Source: Chthonomonadales bacterium (GTDB lineage: Bacteria > Armatimonadota > Chthonomonadetes > Chthonomonadales > Chthonomonadaceae). Taken from it: a stretch of DNA of 17,844 nucleotides. The stretch's first letter is position 1, and each line of letters starts with the position of its first letter. The stretch covers positions 1 through 17,844 of the forward strand of contig JBBQPO010000116.1 of NCBI GenBank assembly GCA_038217285.1. The letters run 5' to 3'. Shown in pieces: positions 17,064 through 17,844 of the stretch. The position numbers were made by a program, and so were the translations under genes. Under the pieces are notes generated by a model that saw nothing but the letters and a program-made list of their open reading frames with translations, ran no database searches and was not told where the DNA came from.

Positions 17064-17288
17064 ATGAGTCCGACCTATATCGATCTGCATCCTATCTACG
17101 GCGCTATCTATCAAGAGGGCGAGTTTGTGCAGCGCGGAGCCGTCCTGGGGCTCTCTGTAGACTCCAAAGGAGTCGTGACCGCGCCAGTGAGCGGCTGGGT
17201 CAAGGTAGCGAAGCCGGTGGGCACAGCGGACCCGGAAAATCTCGGTTTGCGGATCGAGATCTGGCAGCATCCCTACAATGATGCGTAG
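17064..17288 (+). CDS. Small protein (74 aa) with a single barrel-sandwich hybrid (biotinyl/lipoyl-like) motif
   Basis: GGAGGA RBS 17050-17055 with 8 nt spacing to ATG. Sequence EGEFVQRGAVLG...K..VTAPVSGWV matches the GdxVxxGxxL...APxSGxV pattern. Confidence 0.75.
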   Translation: MSPTYIDLHPIYGAIYQEGEFVQRGAVLGLSVDSKGVVTAPVSGWVKVAKPVGTADPENLGLRIEIWQHPYNDA

Positions 17289-17326
17289 ACATTGCGCTAC
17301 CTGCTGGACATCCCCCTATAATCCAG

Positions 17327-17356
17327 TAGACAAATAGACACTCTCTGTGTTATAAT
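17327..17356 (+). promoter_or_regulatory. Sigma70-type promoter upstream of ruvB (extended -10)
   Basis: TAGACA 17327-17332, 18 bp spacer, TATAAT 17351-17356 preceded by TGn (17348-17350). A second TATAAT lies at 17317-17322. Confidence 0.65.
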
Positions 17357-17357
17357 T

Positions 17358-17407
17358 AGACCGTGTGTCGTCTCGCTTCCCGAGGCGACGACGGTCTTTC
17401 ACTTTTT
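17358..17407 (+). terminator. Terminator-like hairpin between the small gene and ruvB
   Basis: 17-bp stem (17358-17375 pairing with 17381-17397; one bulge, two G-U pairs), loop CTTCC, followed by TTCACTTTTT. Confidence 0.65.
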
Positions 17408-17425
17408 GGGAGGAGAGATACCGCT

Positions 17426-17844
17426 ATGCGAAAAAATTCAGAGGATGAGGAGCGCTTTGTCTCACCGGAGGAGAAAATCGACGATGGCGGGGAACTCTCT
17501 CTGCGTCCGAAGCGGCTGCGCGAAATGATCGGCCAGCCCAAGGCCAAACAGAACCTCGGCATCGCCATCGAAGCGGCGAAAGCACGCAACGAAGCCCTGG
17601 ACCATGTGCTGCTCTATGGCCCGCCCGGCCTCGGGAAAACCACGCTCAGCAATATTATCGCCAACGAGATGGATGTGCCGGTCCGTATCACCGCCGGCCC
17701 GGCCATCGAGAAGCCCGGTGATCTTGCTGCGATACTTACCAGCCTGGAAAAGAACAGCGTTTTCTTCATCGACGAGATCCATCGCCTGAACCGTACCGTC
17801 GAAGAGATTCTCTATCCGGCGATGGAAGACTATAAGCTCGACAT
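17426..17844 (+). CDS. ruvB: Holliday junction branch migration helicase RuvB (5' part, truncated by the window end)
   Basis: Absent from the ORF track because no stop falls in the window. ATG 17426 after GGGAGG gives [96 protein letters not shown]. Confidence 0.97.
   Translation, partial: MRKNSEDEERFVSPEEKIDDGGELSLRPKRLREMIGQPKAKQNLGIAIEAAKARNEALDHVLLYGPPGLGKTTLSNIIANEMDVPVRITAGPAIEKPGDLAAILTSLEKNSVFFIDEIHRLNRTVEEILYPAMEDYKLD

Noticed and set aside
16808-17270. Minus-strand ORFs 16808-17065 and 17001-17270, and plus-strand ORF 17048-17281
   Set aside because: No convincing RBS or motif. They overlap promoter elements or the better-supported 17064-17288 ORF.

Overview
High-GC bacterial window, densely coding, with no rRNA, tRNA, CRISPR array or mobile element detected. 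The gene content suggests Armatimonadota or a PVC-like organism (inference only). In order: (1) the 3' end of a probable carbohydrate-associated protein; (2) a secreted SGNH + alpha/beta-hydrolase double esterase; (3) a 'Planctomycete-type' envelope module of cytochrome-c(PSCyt1)-WD40 protein, Ig-like/DUF1549/DUF1553 protein and Tat-exported DUF1501 protein, with a lipoprotein-type MsrA inside it and a strong intrinsic terminator after it; (4) an aldo/keto reductase; (5) on the minus strand, an orphan vWA/GATase-like membrane protein and pyrD; (6) a DUF4380-like secreted protein; (7) a large membrane protein with a degenerate alkaline-phosphatase-like domain behind a perfect TTGACA-17-TATAAT promoter; (8) a 74-aa stand-alone lipoyl/biotinyl-like protein; (9) the 5' part of ruvB. 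Most notable: the MsrA-containing heme/DUF1501 module, a shared TGTAAC-N18-TCTWACA (ECF-sigma-like) motif upstream of both the DUF1549 gene and the vWA gene, the small barrel-sandwich protein, and the repeat/hairpin-rich ruvB upstream region. All domain calls come from motif recognition by eye; no database search was run.
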